Counted from the stretch's first letter, positions 48,024-58,998 are shown. The stretch: DNA of 60,095 nucleotides from Nitrosarchaeum sp. (GCA_020431985.1 JAGQHF010000084.1:1-60095); one strand, 5' to 3'. Notes: generated by a model from the sequence alone, not told the origin. Program-made: numbers and translations.

Positions 48024-48269
48024 ATGGAAATTGCTTATGTCCTTATTCATTGTGATCTAGGTTCAGAAGAGGAAATAATTAAGGAGATTATGAAAATAGC
48101 AGAGACAAAAGAAGTACGAGGGACATATGGAGTGTATGATATTTTTTGCAAAGTTCAATCAGAATCAAGAGAATCGTTAGATCAAATAATCACAAATAAA
48201 ATACGAAAAATTCCAAAAATTCGTTCAACCATAACCTTACATTACATACCATCCCAAGGCGGCAAGTAA
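48024..48269 (+). CDS. Lrp/AsnC ligand-binding-domain protein
   Basis: AYVLI...GTYGVYDIFCKV...KIRKIPKIRSTITL. Confidence 0.85.
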   Translation: MEIAYVLIHCDLGSEEEIIKEIMKIAETKEVRGTYGVYDIFCKVQSESRESLDQIITNKIRKIPKIRSTITLHYIPSQGGK

Positions 48270-48515
48270 TTATCAATCACTAAATCAACTTCCGGAGTTA
48301 ATTATTTTATTTTAAAAGTATCCATAATGACATTAGTGAACATATAGTACTCTGATGTTGCAAGATAACTTTTTTGTAATTTATGGCATCTTTATCCTAT
48401 AGGAGTTATTTTTCCATCAACAACATGAGTAAAACAACAGTTTGGACTTCTATTCCAACAGACAAGAGACAACTTGTTTTAATAGAACAAATAGGTATTA
48501 GATATAGATAGAAGA

Positions 48516-48752
48516 ATGTTAGAAAAGCAATTTAATCCAGAATTGCTCTACAACAAGATAGTTCATTATTACATTGACAAGAAGGGATATTCAAAGGAGA
48601 AAGCAAACTCTATTGCGCAGTTAGTAATAAAGAGAGAAGCACTAAAAAGAATTTGTAAAAATCATAACTGTGGCCATTTTTCACATGACCACATTAGAAA
48701 CACTGAAACCTGTCTTGCAACTAATTGTGAGTGTAGGAAATTTTTCAAGTGA
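48516..48752 (+). CDS. Small Cys/His-containing hypothetical protein
   Basis: ORF track; C..CGH...H...C...C.C motif. Confidence 0.65.
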   Translation: MLEKQFNPELLYNKIVHYYIDKKGYSKEKANSIAQLVIKREALKRICKNHNCGHFSHDHIRNTETCLATNCECRKFFK

Positions 48753-49725
48753 AGTTATCCAGAGAGTTTTCAATTAAAGGCTGTGCGTTAATTCCCAATT
48801 TTCTAAGATGAGCTGCAAATTCGTTTACAAATCCATGAATGGTATAGACTTGCTCAGCTCCTGATTTAACAACCAAATCAATGAGGTCACTAAAATCACA
48901 ATGATCACTTAAAGGAAAAGAATAATCAGTTCTTCTACCAAAAGCAAACTTTGTGGATTGTGCCCATCCGCTAAAACCAATTGTCACAGCACCATACTTG
49001 GACTTCATTTCATTGACAAATTCACTTTTAGATGAGGCCATAGGAGCAATCATGATCCAAGGTTTTTTGTCTAAGAGTCCCAGTTTTTGTGCTTCAGAAT
49101 GGCCGATGCCATCGTTTAATGGGACTCCAAACTTTTTGTGCAAATCATTCATTTGTTTAATGGAGTCATGAAAGTAAAGTGGCCCCCAATGACCAAATAA
49201 TTGTGTCAAGGTTTGTGCTTTACCTAACTGGTATCCCATTAGAATCACAGGGATTCCTTTCCCATACAGACTTGAAATTAGTTCATTTACATGTTTTTGA
49301 ATGTCGGTGACTTGAGGAAAAGTAAATTCAGGCAATCCGAATGTGCATTCGGTAATCAATGTTTTACACTTTGGAATAGTTGCACCGGTAAGAAACCCGC
49401 GATTTCTTGTGCATATGTCCCCAGTATAGAATAAATCATGAAATAGTACTCCCTTAGCACCAAGAATGTGTCCGCTATCAATCAAAGTAAAGTCATCTAA
49501 ACTTTGAACATGATTCTTCATTTTGACTCCTCTGAGACTGGCAATTTCTTGGGTCTCAATTGACGTCAGAATTGTTCCACCATTCTTGGAGGGAAGATGA
49601 TCAGAATGAGCATGGGAAACAAAGTTAATTCCAGAATGAGCATTTTTTGGATCAAGATAAACCTGCATTTCTTCAGTTTCACATAAAATACCATTTTTCG
49701 TCATTCTTACTTGACAGGTCAACAA
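48745..49725 (-). CDS. Metallo-beta-lactamase/beta-CASP fold exonuclease
   Basis: SHAHSDH, SGHILG, YTGD, ECTFG, SDHCDF, IHG. Confidence 0.88.
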   Translation of the reverse strand: MLTCQVRMTKNGILCETEEMQVYLDPKNAHSGINFVSHAHSDHLPSKNGGTILTSIETQEIASLRGVKMKNHVQSLDDFTLIDSGHILGAKGVLFHDLFYTGDICTRNRGFLTGATIPKCKTLITECTFGLPEFTFPQVTDIQKHVNELISSLYGKGIPVILMGYQLGKAQTLTQLFGHWGPLYFHDSIKQMNDLHKKFGVPLNDGIGHSEAQKLGLLDKKPWIMIAPMASSKSEFVNEMKSKYGAVTIGFSGWAQSTKFAFGRRTDYSFPLSDHCDFSDLIDLVVKSGAEQVYTIHGFVNEFAAHLRKLGINAQPLIENSLDNFT

Positions 49726-49813
49726 GAATGTGAAATGAGTATTTGATATAAATTAAAAGTTTGAACAATTTTAGCTAGGGAACAACATGAATTTTAACAG
49801 AAACAATTGTAAA

Positions 49814-51385
49814 TTAAGTCACGTCAATAATATTTTGAGAGACTAGAAATTCAATTCCTTTTAAAAAATCTGAATCAGAGATACGTTCTTGCCCCCACCA
49901 TTGAGCATTTGTCTTTATCCAGTTAGGAATTTTAGAAGATCCTTGTTCTGTAGGAGTTATGGATTTAGAAATTTTAATGATGTCTTCTTTTATTAAAAAT
50001 TGGATTCCCTGAATAAATGATTTATCGTCAATTGTGTTTTCAGACCACCAGATTGCATTGTTCTTTATCCAAGAAGGAAGAACAGATCTTTTTGCATGTG
50101 TGGAATCTGATTCAAGCAGAATATCTTTAAACAGAAGTTTATCAAAATTTTTGTCATCTTTTCCAATCAAGACTATCTGAATTTTGTAGTGGCCATTCTT
50201 ACTCAAATCAAAATACCCAGTATCCATTCCATTTGGAAGTTCAATGCCTAATCTGTTAGGATTGTTTCCGACATTGACATCTTCCCTGCCGGATGGGTCT
50301 GTTATTCCGTAGCCATACCTGATGTTTGGAACTATCAAGCCATCTTTGTCGAGAAAGACAATTTTAAAGTAAAGTCTATCATCTTTTGACTCGTGTGAAA
50401 ATATTGCTTTGTATCCATTTTCAAAATCAATTTCTTTTTTTGTGATTGTAGAGCTTAGGTCTGGAGAAATTTGGATGTTTATTGTGTTGCTGGTTTTGTC
50501 GATTCGTTTCATGTCATTTTTATCCACAATGAAATGAATTGTGTTGTAATCTTTTTTTGAATATTCATCATAGCTAATGTTTTGTGATGAGATTTTTTGG
50601 TTATTGATTTTACCTACAAATTCAGAAACCCCCTCAAATGGAGGAAAATCTTTTGGGAATTCAAAATGGCTCTTCATGGTATCCATATGGTCATAATGGG
50701 ACCAATCAATGTGGACCTCAGATACAAGAGAATTTGTAGGTTCATCAAAATAGATTCCAAGTAAGGACATGTTGAAACCTTTAGCAACCATAGAATATGG
50801 ATTTCCATCAAAGTCAACTGGAAAGCGCTTGTAAGAAGGCACCAAGATAGATGTTTCAAAAACAATGTCTTCGGTAGTTTGGGTTTTAGGGTTTTTGGCA
50901 CCAATTATCGATGTTTTTACTGTATACTCCCCACTTTTGTCAAAAACAGGTCCAATTATCACAGGTTTGCTAGAGGATGACGAGGTCAATGCATTAGGAA
51001 CAATCGGATCACTTTCTCCACGGTATTTTGTGCATTTCCATAATTCCTTATTATCACAAATCGATTTGGGTTGAATCTTTACTTCAAGCAGACCATCTTT
51101 GTCAAAGAACATTTGGTTTGCAACAAGTTCTTCGCCAGAAAATATTTGAACACGGTATGTGGTGCTTTCAATGTTAGTGTTTGAATAAGAATCATAGAAT
51201 CTGATTCTAAGATCAACACTAGAATTTTCTTCAGGGCTAAAATCAGAGGGGAATAAAGATGTGTTCACAGTAACTTGTTCATCACCAAAGCTTATTGGAG
51301 GAGCCTGCTGACCGCCATGATGTTGGGCAAATGCAAATGGAATCGACATAGACATCAGAATCAACAGGATAAAAAATTTCTTCAC
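49814..51385 (-). CDS. Secreted thaumarchaeal protein with twin C-terminal P.WIK.NA.WW domains
   Basis: Signal peptide; LPSWIKNNAIWW and IPNWIKTNAQWW repeats. Confidence 0.8.
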   Translation of the reverse strand: MKKFFILLILMSMSIPFAFAQHHGGQQAPPISFGDEQVTVNTSLFPSDFSPEENSSVDLRIRFYDSYSNTNIESTTYRVQIFSGEELVANQMFFDKDGLLEVKIQPKSICDNKELWKCTKYRGESDPIVPNALTSSSSSKPVIIGPVFDKSGEYTVKTSIIGAKNPKTQTTEDIVFETSILVPSYKRFPVDFDGNPYSMVAKGFNMSLLGIYFDEPTNSLVSEVHIDWSHYDHMDTMKSHFEFPKDFPPFEGVSEFVGKINNQKISSQNISYDEYSKKDYNTIHFIVDKNDMKRIDKTSNTINIQISPDLSSTITKKEIDFENGYKAIFSHESKDDRLYFKIVFLDKDGLIVPNIRYGYGITDPSGREDVNVGNNPNRLGIELPNGMDTGYFDLSKNGHYKIQIVLIGKDDKNFDKLLFKDILLESDSTHAKRSVLPSWIKNNAIWWSENTIDDKSFIQGIQFLIKEDIIKISKSITPTEQGSSKIPNWIKTNAQWWGQERISDSDFLKGIEFLVSQNIIDVT

Positions 51386-51398
51386 CCTAAACGCCTAA

Positions 51399-52109
51399 AT
51401 GATGATGTATGTACAAGGATTTCAACTTTTCAATGATTTACTACACGATAAAACCACACACATTAATTGTAGCAGTAGAAAGTTAGGACGATTGCTAAGT
51501 TTAGGCATACTGATATCAGGTAGAGGTAGCAACATGGAGTCTATTTTAAAGGCAATAAAGACAAGAAAAATACCAATAAAACCAGCAGTCATAATTTCAA
51601 ACAGGCCAGACGCAAAGGGACTGCAAATAGCCCAGAAACTAGGCGTAAGTACAGAGATTGTGGAAAGCAAAGGATTCAAGGGAGATAGATGGGATTATGA
51701 TCAAAAAATCATCAAGGTGTTAACTAAGCACGGAGTGACTCCAAGAAATGGACTTGTTTGTCTTGCAGGATTTATGAGGATTATAAGTCCTGAATTTGTA
51801 GAAAAATACAAAAATAGAATAATCAACATTCATCCAGCACTTCTTCCGTCATTTCCAGGTACGGATGCACAAAAACAGGCAATAGAATATGGTTCAAAAT
51901 ATACAGGATGCACAGTTCATTTTGTAGATTCTGGAGTAGATACAGGACCAATAATTTTACAAGAAATAGTCAAAGTAAGGGATGATGACACAGAAGAAAT
52001 TCTTTCAAAAAGAATTTTGGCAAAAGAACACAAGATTTATCCTGAAGCAGTGAGGCTGTTTGCGGAAAAAAGGATTAAAGTTTATGGAAGAAAAACAGTG
52101 ATAAACTAA
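51399..52109 (+). CDS. purN: Phosphoribosylglycinamide formyltransferase (true start probably near 51492)
   Basis: ISGRGSNM, LAGFMRI, NIHPALLP, GCTVHFVD.GVDTGPII. Confidence 0.93.
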   Translation: MMMYVQGFQLFNDLLHDKTTHINCSSRKLGRLLSLGILISGRGSNMESILKAIKTRKIPIKPAVIISNRPDAKGLQIAQKLGVSTEIVESKGFKGDRWDYDQKIIKVLTKHGVTPRNGLVCLAGFMRIISPEFVEKYKNRIINIHPALLPSFPGTDAQKQAIEYGSKYTGCTVHFVDSGVDTGPIILQEIVKVRDDDTEEILSKRILAKEHKIYPEAVRLFAEKRIKVYGRKTVIN

Positions 52110-52426
52110 TTGTCTGGGCCGCCAAAAAAATACAGTACCACAAGTTCCTCAGAGTTGCTATGAAAATGATGCGGAGTGTCTTTTCTTACATAGTACATTA
52201 GTTTAGGAGACACAACATGATCATTATTATTAATTCTTAGAAAACCATTTCCGGTCAATACATAATAAACTTCATCATTTTCGTGAGGTTCTTGAGTATC
52301 TTCTTCACCAGGTTTCAGAACCAAAACGCCGGCTGCGAGGGATTCTTTGTTAATAAAAGTATGAAAATAATTTTTACCGTCTCTAACTCTTTTGACATAC
52401 CTATCAATGTCAAAATCAATCTTCAT
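52106..52426 (-). CDS. Cupin-domain protein
   Basis: QEPHENDEVYYVLTG...PHHF. Confidence 0.82.
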   Translation of the reverse strand: MKIDFDIDRYVKRVRDGKNYFHTFINKESLAAGVLVLKPGEEDTQEPHENDEVYYVLTGNGFLRINNNDHVVSPKLMYYVRKDTPHHFHSNSEELVVLYFFGGPDN

Positions 52427-52429
52427 GTT

Positions 52430-52714
52430 TTACTCTGAAACGACATTGTAGAATTTTGGAGATGGAGGTTCTGCCATAAAAGATGAGGCCTTGGTGTGAA
52501 GTTGCTCATGTTCTGGACTTTGGTGCATTTTTCCAAATTTTTCTAGGCTTTCAAATTCAACGAGGACTCTATGTTGTCCGTCTTTTGTCTCCAACAGACG
52601 TCTTGAAACAAATCCATCGAACTTTGATACGACCTTGTTTGCCTCTGAGAACCATGCCTTAAAGTCCTCAAGGGATTCAGGTCTTATTTTTACATCAGAC
52701 ACTACTACAAACAT
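52430..52714 (-). CDS. Antibiotic biosynthesis monooxygenase (ABM) family protein
   Basis: DGFVSRRLL...FESLE...QSPEH. Confidence 0.8.
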   Translation of the reverse strand: MFVVVSDVKIRPESLEDFKAWFSEANKVVSKFDGFVSRRLLETKDGQHRVLVEFESLEKFGKMHQSPEHEQLHTKASSFMAEPPSPKFYNVVSE

Positions 52715-52793
52715 AGTTACCGTGAAATATAGTCACATAATTGCTTTTCCCATATTTCAAGAATTAAATATCAACAAAGAAGGAATGTTTTCT

Positions 52794-53657
52794 ATGTCAG
52801 GTATAAAAATAGATGGCCTTGCCATAGCTCAATCAGTGAAAGAACGAGTGAAACTGGCAGTAGTAGAGCTCAAAAATCAAGAAATCAATCCATGTCTTGC
52901 TACAATTTTAGTTGGAGATAACCCAGCTTCATCAACATATGTCAGAAACAAGCATAGGGCTTGTGAAGAAGTAGGAATACTTACCAAAGATCATAAACTT
53001 GCCAAGGACATTACCCAACAAGAGTTAAACGAAATTATTGCAGATTTAAATGAGGATGTAACGGTTCACGGGATACTTGTTCAACTACCTCTGCCCCCAC
53101 AACTAGATGAGTTTACTATAACATCAAGGATTTCGCCTCTAAAAGACGTAGACGGTCTGACACCGCACAATGTAGGGTTATTGGCAATGAAAAAGGCAGC
53201 ACTTGTTGCATGCACACCATCGGGAATAATGGAGATGTTTGATTATCATGCAATTGACTTGGAAGGAAAAAATGTTGTTTTGATTAATCGAAGTAATTTG
53301 GTAGGGAAACCACTGTATCACCTGCTCTTGGAAAGAAACGCAACTGTAATTACGTGTCATTCAAAAACGAAAAATCTAAAAAAATTTTGTCTAGAGTCAG
53401 ACATAATCATCACCGCGGTAGGGGACAGGAATCGATTCGTATTGACTCCAGATATGGTTTCAGAGGGGGCAATAGTGATAGATGTGGCAATATCAAGATA
53501 CAAAGAGAAACTGGTCGGGGACGCAGATTATGAGGAAATAATCAAAAAAGCATCATATGCTACACCAGTTCCAGGAGGTGTCGGGCCCATGACAGTTGCC
53601 ATGTTATTGAAGAATACTGTAACAGCAGCATCTCTGAGCAGGGAAATTGCAAGATAA
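52794..53657 (+). CDS. folD: Bifunctional methylene-THF dehydrogenase/cyclohydrolase
   Basis: YVRNK, GILVQLPLP, KDVDGL, PVPGGVGPMT; start moved to MSGIKIDG. Confidence 0.93.
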   Translation: MSGIKIDGLAIAQSVKERVKLAVVELKNQEINPCLATILVGDNPASSTYVRNKHRACEEVGILTKDHKLAKDITQQELNEIIADLNEDVTVHGILVQLPLPPQLDEFTITSRISPLKDVDGLTPHNVGLLAMKKAALVACTPSGIMEMFDYHAIDLEGKNVVLINRSNLVGKPLYHLLLERNATVITCHSKTKNLKKFCLESDIIITAVGDRNRFVLTPDMVSEGAIVIDVAISRYKEKLVGDADYEEIIKKASYATPVPGGVGPMTVAMLLKNTVTAASLSREIAR

Positions 53658-54216
53658 ACTGAACAGAGCATCTCTAAGGAAGATGTTTTTGGAAAAACGA
53701 GACAACACATCTTTTGATCTTATGGAGATTTCAAGTAAACAAATCCAAAAAAGATTGAAGAAAATAAATACATTTAGAGATGCGATGAAAATTGCCGCAT
53801 ACTACCCGATAGGAAGCGAGGTGATGACACAAAACATAATCCAAGAGATGCTAAGCAAAAACAAGGAAGTTTTTTTGCCCAAAGTCATTGGAGCAGATAT
53901 TGAATTTAGGAAGATTACAGAGTTTGCAGATCTTGAAATAGGAAGTTTCGATATTTTGGAGCCCAAACCAGAGTGTGTTCTAGGAAAAAATTTTGATGTA
54001 ATGTTAGTTCCAACAGTGGGAATTTCGGAGAAAGGAGTACGGTTGGGCTATGGTCATGGTTATTACGACAGGTTTTTGGCCAAAAACAAAATAACGACAA
54101 TCTCACTGGTACTGGAAAAACAAATTGTAAAAAATATTCCAAAGTCGGAACATGATGTTCTGATAGACTGGATAGTCACAGAAGATAGAGTTTTGGAAGT
54201 TTCAAAGATAAGATAG
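53647..54216 (+). CDS. 5-formyltetrahydrofolate cyclo-ligase
   Basis: RLGYGHGYYDRFL, EHDV..DWIVTE. Confidence 0.9.
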   Translation: MQDKLNRASLRKMFLEKRDNTSFDLMEISSKQIQKRLKKINTFRDAMKIAAYYPIGSEVMTQNIIQEMLSKNKEVFLPKVIGADIEFRKITEFADLEIGSFDILEPKPECVLGKNFDVMLVPTVGISEKGVRLGYGHGYYDRFLAKNKITTISLVLEKQIVKNIPKSEHDVLIDWIVTEDRVLEVSKIR

Positions 54217-55461
54217 CCCCTTCTTGCCGATGTCTGTTCTGAAATACTTGTGAGGCCATTGGATTCCCTCCGTAGCACTATAGGCATTTGATATAGCAGA
54301 TTGTAGAGAATTTCCAAGTGCAGTAACGCCCAATACTCGTCCTCCGTTGGAAATTATTTTTCCATCATGAATTTTTGTTCCAGCATGGAACACAATTGTG
54401 TTTTCCAATGTAAGATCAAGGCCTGATATCTCCTCGCTTTTTGGGTACGAATCAGGATATCCATCAGATGCTAATACAACACATACTGCGGATTGTTCTT
54501 TCCAATTTGGTGCAGGCATTGATGACAGGGTTCCTTCTACACCCGCTTTTAGGTATTCATACAAGTCAAAATCCATTCTCATTATGATGGGCTGGCATTC
54601 AGGATCCCCCATGCGTACATTATACTCGAGAACATAGGGTTGGCCATCTCGAATCATTATACCTGCATAAAGAAACCCTTGGAAAGGAAAACCCTCACTT
54701 TTCATTGCGTTAATAGTTTTATCGATAATTTTTTCTTGTATTGTTTTTGCAAGTGTATTATTTATGACAGGAGTTGGTGAATATGCTCCCATTCCACCTG
54801 TGTTTGGTCCTGTATCACCATCAAAAATTCTTTTGTGATCTTGGCTTGAGGCCATCGGAATAGCTATGTTCCCATCAGATAATGCAATGAATGATGCCTC
54901 AATTCCATCGATTCTTTCTTCAATTATTATCTGGTTGCCTGCATCACCAAATGTTTTTTTTACAAGAATGGTATCGATTGCTGCAATTGCTTCATCGGTG
55001 GAGTTACATACAATTACACCCTTGCCTGCAGCAAGACCATCCGCCTTTACCACCACGTTATAGTTAATCGAACTTACAAACTCCTTTGCTTTTTTTGGAT
55101 CATCAAATACCTCAAATCTGGCGGTTGGAATCTCATTGCGTTTCATGAAGTTTTTTGCCCAGATCTTGCTTGATTCAAGTTGAGCAGCCTTTTTTGTTGG
55201 ACCAAAAATTTTAAGATTCATTTTGTTAAATTTGTCAACAATTCCTGCTGCCAAGGGAGCTTCGGGGCCCACAACAGTAAAGCAATCATTGTTCCTTGCA
55301 AAATCGGCCAAACCATCTATGTCATCAGATTCTATAGAGATGTTGTTTTGTGTACCTCCATTTCCGGGTGCAGTGAAGACCTTGTTAACTTTAGGACTTT
55401 GTGATAGCTTCCAAGACAGAGCATGCTCTCTACCGCCAGAGCCTACCACAAGAATATTCAT
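54202..55461 (-). CDS. purD: Phosphoribosylamine-glycine ligase
   Basis: GSGGREHAL, KADGLAAGKGV, GPNTGGMGAY, RMGDPE. Confidence 0.95.
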   Translation of the reverse strand: MNILVVGSGGREHALSWKLSQSPKVNKVFTAPGNGGTQNNISIESDDIDGLADFARNNDCFTVVGPEAPLAAGIVDKFNKMNLKIFGPTKKAAQLESSKIWAKNFMKRNEIPTARFEVFDDPKKAKEFVSSINYNVVVKADGLAAGKGVIVCNSTDEAIAAIDTILVKKTFGDAGNQIIIEERIDGIEASFIALSDGNIAIPMASSQDHKRIFDGDTGPNTGGMGAYSPTPVINNTLAKTIQEKIIDKTINAMKSEGFPFQGFLYAGIMIRDGQPYVLEYNVRMGDPECQPIIMRMDFDLYEYLKAGVEGTLSSMPAPNWKEQSAVCVVLASDGYPDSYPKSEEISGLDLTLENTIVFHAGTKIHDGKIISNGGRVLGVTALGNSLQSAISNAYSATEGIQWPHKYFRTDIGKKGLSYL

Positions 55462-55622
55462 CAATAGAACAACACCTTTTTTCAAATATATATTCCAAGG
55501 TATTAATTTGGAAAAATTCATCTGAAGTTTTTACGTTTTTTGTTATTTGTAAAGAATAGATTTCAATCAAAAACGCTGCAATTCAATTTAGCTTTATAAT
55601 GCCACATCTTTATCCAACTTTG

Positions 55623-58600
55623 ATGGAGTTTCTTTCCAAATTTGATGCGAAGGAGATTGAAAGAAATGTAAAGAAATACTTTTCTTCAATAGACATAGAA
55701 AAACTGATCTTTGAATCAGATAAACAGCAAGAGATTACCTTTATCGAGGGACCTCCTACAATGAATGGAATTCCCCATGCAGGGCACTTGAGAGGAAGAG
55801 TCATCAAAGATTTGTGGTACAGGTACAACACACTTCAAGGAAAAAAAATCAGGTTTAATGGTGGATGGGATACGCAAGGTCTTCCAGTAGAGCTGCAGGC
55901 CGAAAAAGAGCTTGGAGTAACAGAAGGGAAATCAGAAGTGATTGAAAAGGTAGGAATTGAAAAATTAGTAAACAAGTGTAAGACACTTGTAAAGAAATTC
56001 AATTCAACTTGGATCGAAGTTGATAATTTGTTAGGGATGTCGTTTAATCACGAAAAGGCGTATTGGACATACAGAGACAAGTATATCGAACGAGAATGGC
56101 ACATACTCAAAAAGGCATATGAAAATGGGATTTTAGAAGAGGATTTTACAGTCATTGCATACTGCCCAAGCTGCCAGACATCACTTAGCCATGCGGAAGT
56201 AAATCAGGGCTATGAAGAGGTAAAAGATCCATCATTATACTACAAGGTAAAACTCCGAGACGAAGATGCATTTTTGGTTGTATGGACAACAATGCCGTTT
56301 ACACTTGTTACCGATGCAATGGTTGGCCTGCATCCATCAGAAGAGTACGCGTATGTTAGAATTGATAATGAGACATGGATAATTGGAAAGACTAGGTTGG
56401 AAGAATTTTTGCAGGAGTTAAAAATTAAAGAGTATGAGGTTGAAAAAACAGTAAAAGGCTCAGAGTTTGAGGGAAAAAAATACATTCATCCACTTTTGAA
56501 TTTGATTCCAGATCTAGAAGAATGTTCAAGAGAGACAAATTTTCATGTTGCAGTTGCTGAAGAATTTGTAGATGCGACAGCAGGAAGTGGATTAGTTCAC
56601 TTGTCTCCTGCAAACGGAGAAGAAGACATCAATATTGCAAACAAGAGAAACGTCAAAATTTTTAGTCCAATAAATGATCAGGTGAGATTTACATCGCAAG
56701 CTGGAAAGTATGAAGGCATGTTTGTCAGGGATGCAGACAGGATAATAGTAGAGGACCTGAGGGAATGCAATGCATTAGTAAAAATTGGCAAAATAAAACA
56801 CAAGTATCCGCTTTGTTGGAGGTCACATCATCCCATAGTATGGCTTGCAAGAAAGGGGTGGTTTTACAAGCTGGATAGACTAGAAGAGAAGGCGATAAAG
56901 GCAGCAGAGAGCGTAGAGTATTTTTTTGAGCAACCCAAAAACAGGTTCTTGGGAATCATCAAGGAAAAGCACCCTTGGTGCATATCCAGAGAGAGGTTTT
57001 GGGGATGCCCGTTGCCCGTATGGGTTTGCGATGAATGTGGAAAACAAAGTTGGTTTTTTTCAAGAAATGAGATTGTAGAGTCCGCAACAGACTTGCCAGA
57101 TGGTCCTGATTTTGAGTTGCATCGTCCATGGATAGACAAGATAGTACTAAGGTGCAAGCATTGCTCCAGTACAAAGACAAGGAGGGAAGAGTATGTGCTG
57201 GACACTTGGCACAATAGCGGAGCTGCACCATACTCATCGCTCTCAGATGAAGAGTACAACACAAGCATTCCTGCTCCATTTTTCACAGAAGGTATAGACC
57301 AAACAAGAGGATGGGCATACACGCTATTGATTGAAAATGTAATTCTAAACAACGGACCTATTCCCCCTTACAAGTCATTTTTGTTTCAAGGACATGTCCT
57401 TGATGAAAAGGGCGGCAAAATGAGCAAAAGCCTTGGAAACGTGATTGACGGTAAGGAGTTACTTGAAAAATATCCGGTAGATCTGGTGAGATTTTATTTT
57501 ATTTGGAAGGCAAGCCCGATTGAACCCCTAAGTTTTAGCACCGATGAATTGATGTCAAGGCCCTATCAGGTCATCAATACATTGTTTAACTTGCATCTGT
57601 ACTTCAACCAGAACAGCAAATTTGACAACTTTGACGAATCAAAAACAGTATCATGGGCAAAGAGCAACTCACTATTATCACCTCCAGATATATGGATACT
57701 GTCAAAACTCCAAAAATTGGTTCAAAAGGTAACAGACAGAAATCAGATATGCAAATTTCATGAAGCGGCAAGAGCATTGGATGAATTTATCATAAATAAC
57801 CTAAGCCAGGCATACATTCCAATCACCAGAGGCGAACTATGGGATGAAAGCGACGAGAAAAAAGACAGAAGACTTGCAATCTATGCAGTGTTGTATAAAG
57901 TCATCAAAACTCTGAATATTTTGATTCATCCACTATGTCCGTTTACAAGCGAGTTTCTTTACCAGACCGTAACGGGTGGAAAAAAGAGCATCCTTCTTGA
58001 AAAATGGCCACAATACCAAGAGTCACTTGTAAATGAGAGTGTTGAGGAGGCGTTTGATATTCTGCAAGATGTTGTCTCAATTTCTGCTGCAGCAAGAATG
58101 AAAGGAAAGCTAAAGAGAAGATGGCCGTTGAATAAGGCACTGATTTGTGTGAAAAATGGTCAAAAACAAAAACTAGAATCTCTCTCTGAGCTGTTGTTAA
58201 CCCAATTAAATGTTGAAGAGATTGAGATAACAGAGATGCAAGAAAAATCAGGATTAAAGCAGATACTCGAACTTAAAGAGAGAAGACTTCCCGTAAACCC
58301 CATTGTCGAACTAGACAGAAAGAAGATAGGTCCAAAAGCAAAGCAACACATGGGAAAACTTGTCAATATTTTTTCAGAAACAGATTCTGAAAAAATAATT
58401 GCGGAACTGCAGAAAGAATCAAGATATGACATTATTATAGATGATGAGAAAATTTCACTGGACATGGAAGATTTTGTGATAGACTTTGATGCAAAAGAAG
58501 AGTTTGCAGTAGCAAAAAGAGATGAGTGTATTGTCTTTATCTCCACTGCAAGAAACAAGGAGATGATGGTCAGGGGATTGATCAAAGACATTGCTCGAAG

Positions 58601-58820
58601 ATTGCAAACACTCAGAAAAGAAAGAGGATATAACCCGACAGAGGTTTTAGATGTTGCATCCATTATTGGCTTAGATGAGGAATCACTAGAAATGGTCAAG
58701 GAGAAGGCAAAGGACCTCGCTTTCTTGGTAAGAGTAAGACAAGTAAGTTTTGAGCAGACGTGCAAAGAATACAAAGAGGATGACATTGATGGCCAAAAAA
58801 TCAGAATATCAGTAGAGTAA
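55623..58820 (+). CDS. ileS: Isoleucyl-tRNA synthetase
   Basis: GPP..NG.PHAGH, GWDTQGLPVE, WTTMPFTL, EGIDQTRGW, KMSKS; start uncertain by 8 codons. Confidence 0.93.
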   Translation: MEFLSKFDAKEIERNVKKYFSSIDIEKLIFESDKQQEITFIEGPPTMNGIPHAGHLRGRVIKDLWYRYNTLQGKKIRFNGGWDTQGLPVELQAEKELGVTEGKSEVIEKVGIEKLVNKCKTLVKKFNSTWIEVDNLLGMSFNHEKAYWTYRDKYIEREWHILKKAYENGILEEDFTVIAYCPSCQTSLSHAEVNQGYEEVKDPSLYYKVKLRDEDAFLVVWTTMPFTLVTDAMVGLHPSEEYAYVRIDNETWIIGKTRLEEFLQELKIKEYEVEKTVKGSEFEGKKYIHPLLNLIPDLEECSRETNFHVAVAEEFVDATAGSGLVHLSPANGEEDINIANKRNVKIFSPINDQVRFTSQAGKYEGMFVRDADRIIVEDLRECNALVKIGKIKHKYPLCWRSHHPIVWLARKGWFYKLDRLEEKAIKAAESVEYFFEQPKNRFLGIIKEKHPWCISRERFWGCPLPVWVCDECGKQSWFFSRNEIVESATDLPDGPDFELHRPWIDKIVLRCKHCSSTKTRREEYVLDTWHNSGAAPYSSLSDEEYNTSIPAPFFTEGIDQTRGWAYTLLIENVILNNGPIPPYKSFLFQGHVLDEKGGKMSKSLGNVIDGKELLEKYPVDLVRFYFIWKASPIEPLSFSTDELMSRPYQVINTLFNLHLYFNQNSKFDNFDESKTVSWAKSNSLLSPPDIWILSKLQKLVQKVTDRNQICKFHEAARALDEFIINNLSQAYIPITRGELWDESDEKKDRRLAIYAVLYKVIKTLNILIHPLCPFTSEFLYQTVTGGKKSILLEKWPQYQESLVNESVEEAFDILQDVVSISAAARMKGKLKRRWPLNKALICVKNGQKQKLESLSELLLTQLNVEEIEITEMQEKSGLKQILELKERRLPVNPIVELDRKKIGPKAKQHMGKLVNIFSETDSEKIIAELQKESRYDIIIDDEKISLDMEDFVIDFDAKEEFAVAKRDECIVFISTARNKEMMVRGLIKDIARRLQTLRKERGYNPTEVLDVASIIGLDEESLEMVKEKAKDLAFLVRVRQVSFEQTCKEYKEDDIDGQKIRISVE

Positions 58821-58882
58821 GAAAGGAAATGGGTGCAATGCATTCAAACATTTTATCTATTATGCATCACATGTCCAGGCAT

Positions 58883-58938
58883 ATTTCCAGAGGGAAAAAT
58901 AGTGGTCCCCAATGCTATTTTCCCGACCCTCTGGAAAT
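58883..58938. repeat. 56-nt imperfect hairpin between ileS and the DPSL gene
   Basis: ATTTCCAGAGGG/CCCTCTGGAAAT 12-bp perfect inverted repeat with an inner AAAATAG/CTATTTT stem. Confidence 0.7.
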
Positions 58939-58998
58939 TGATTTTATCTCCACAAGACCAAAACAAACTTTTTATTCCAAACATGGATTGCAACCACA

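Noticed and set aside
47729-48055. 108-aa plus-strand ORF
   Set aside because: No motif; overlaps the Lrp gene start and a better-supported minus-strand micro-ORF
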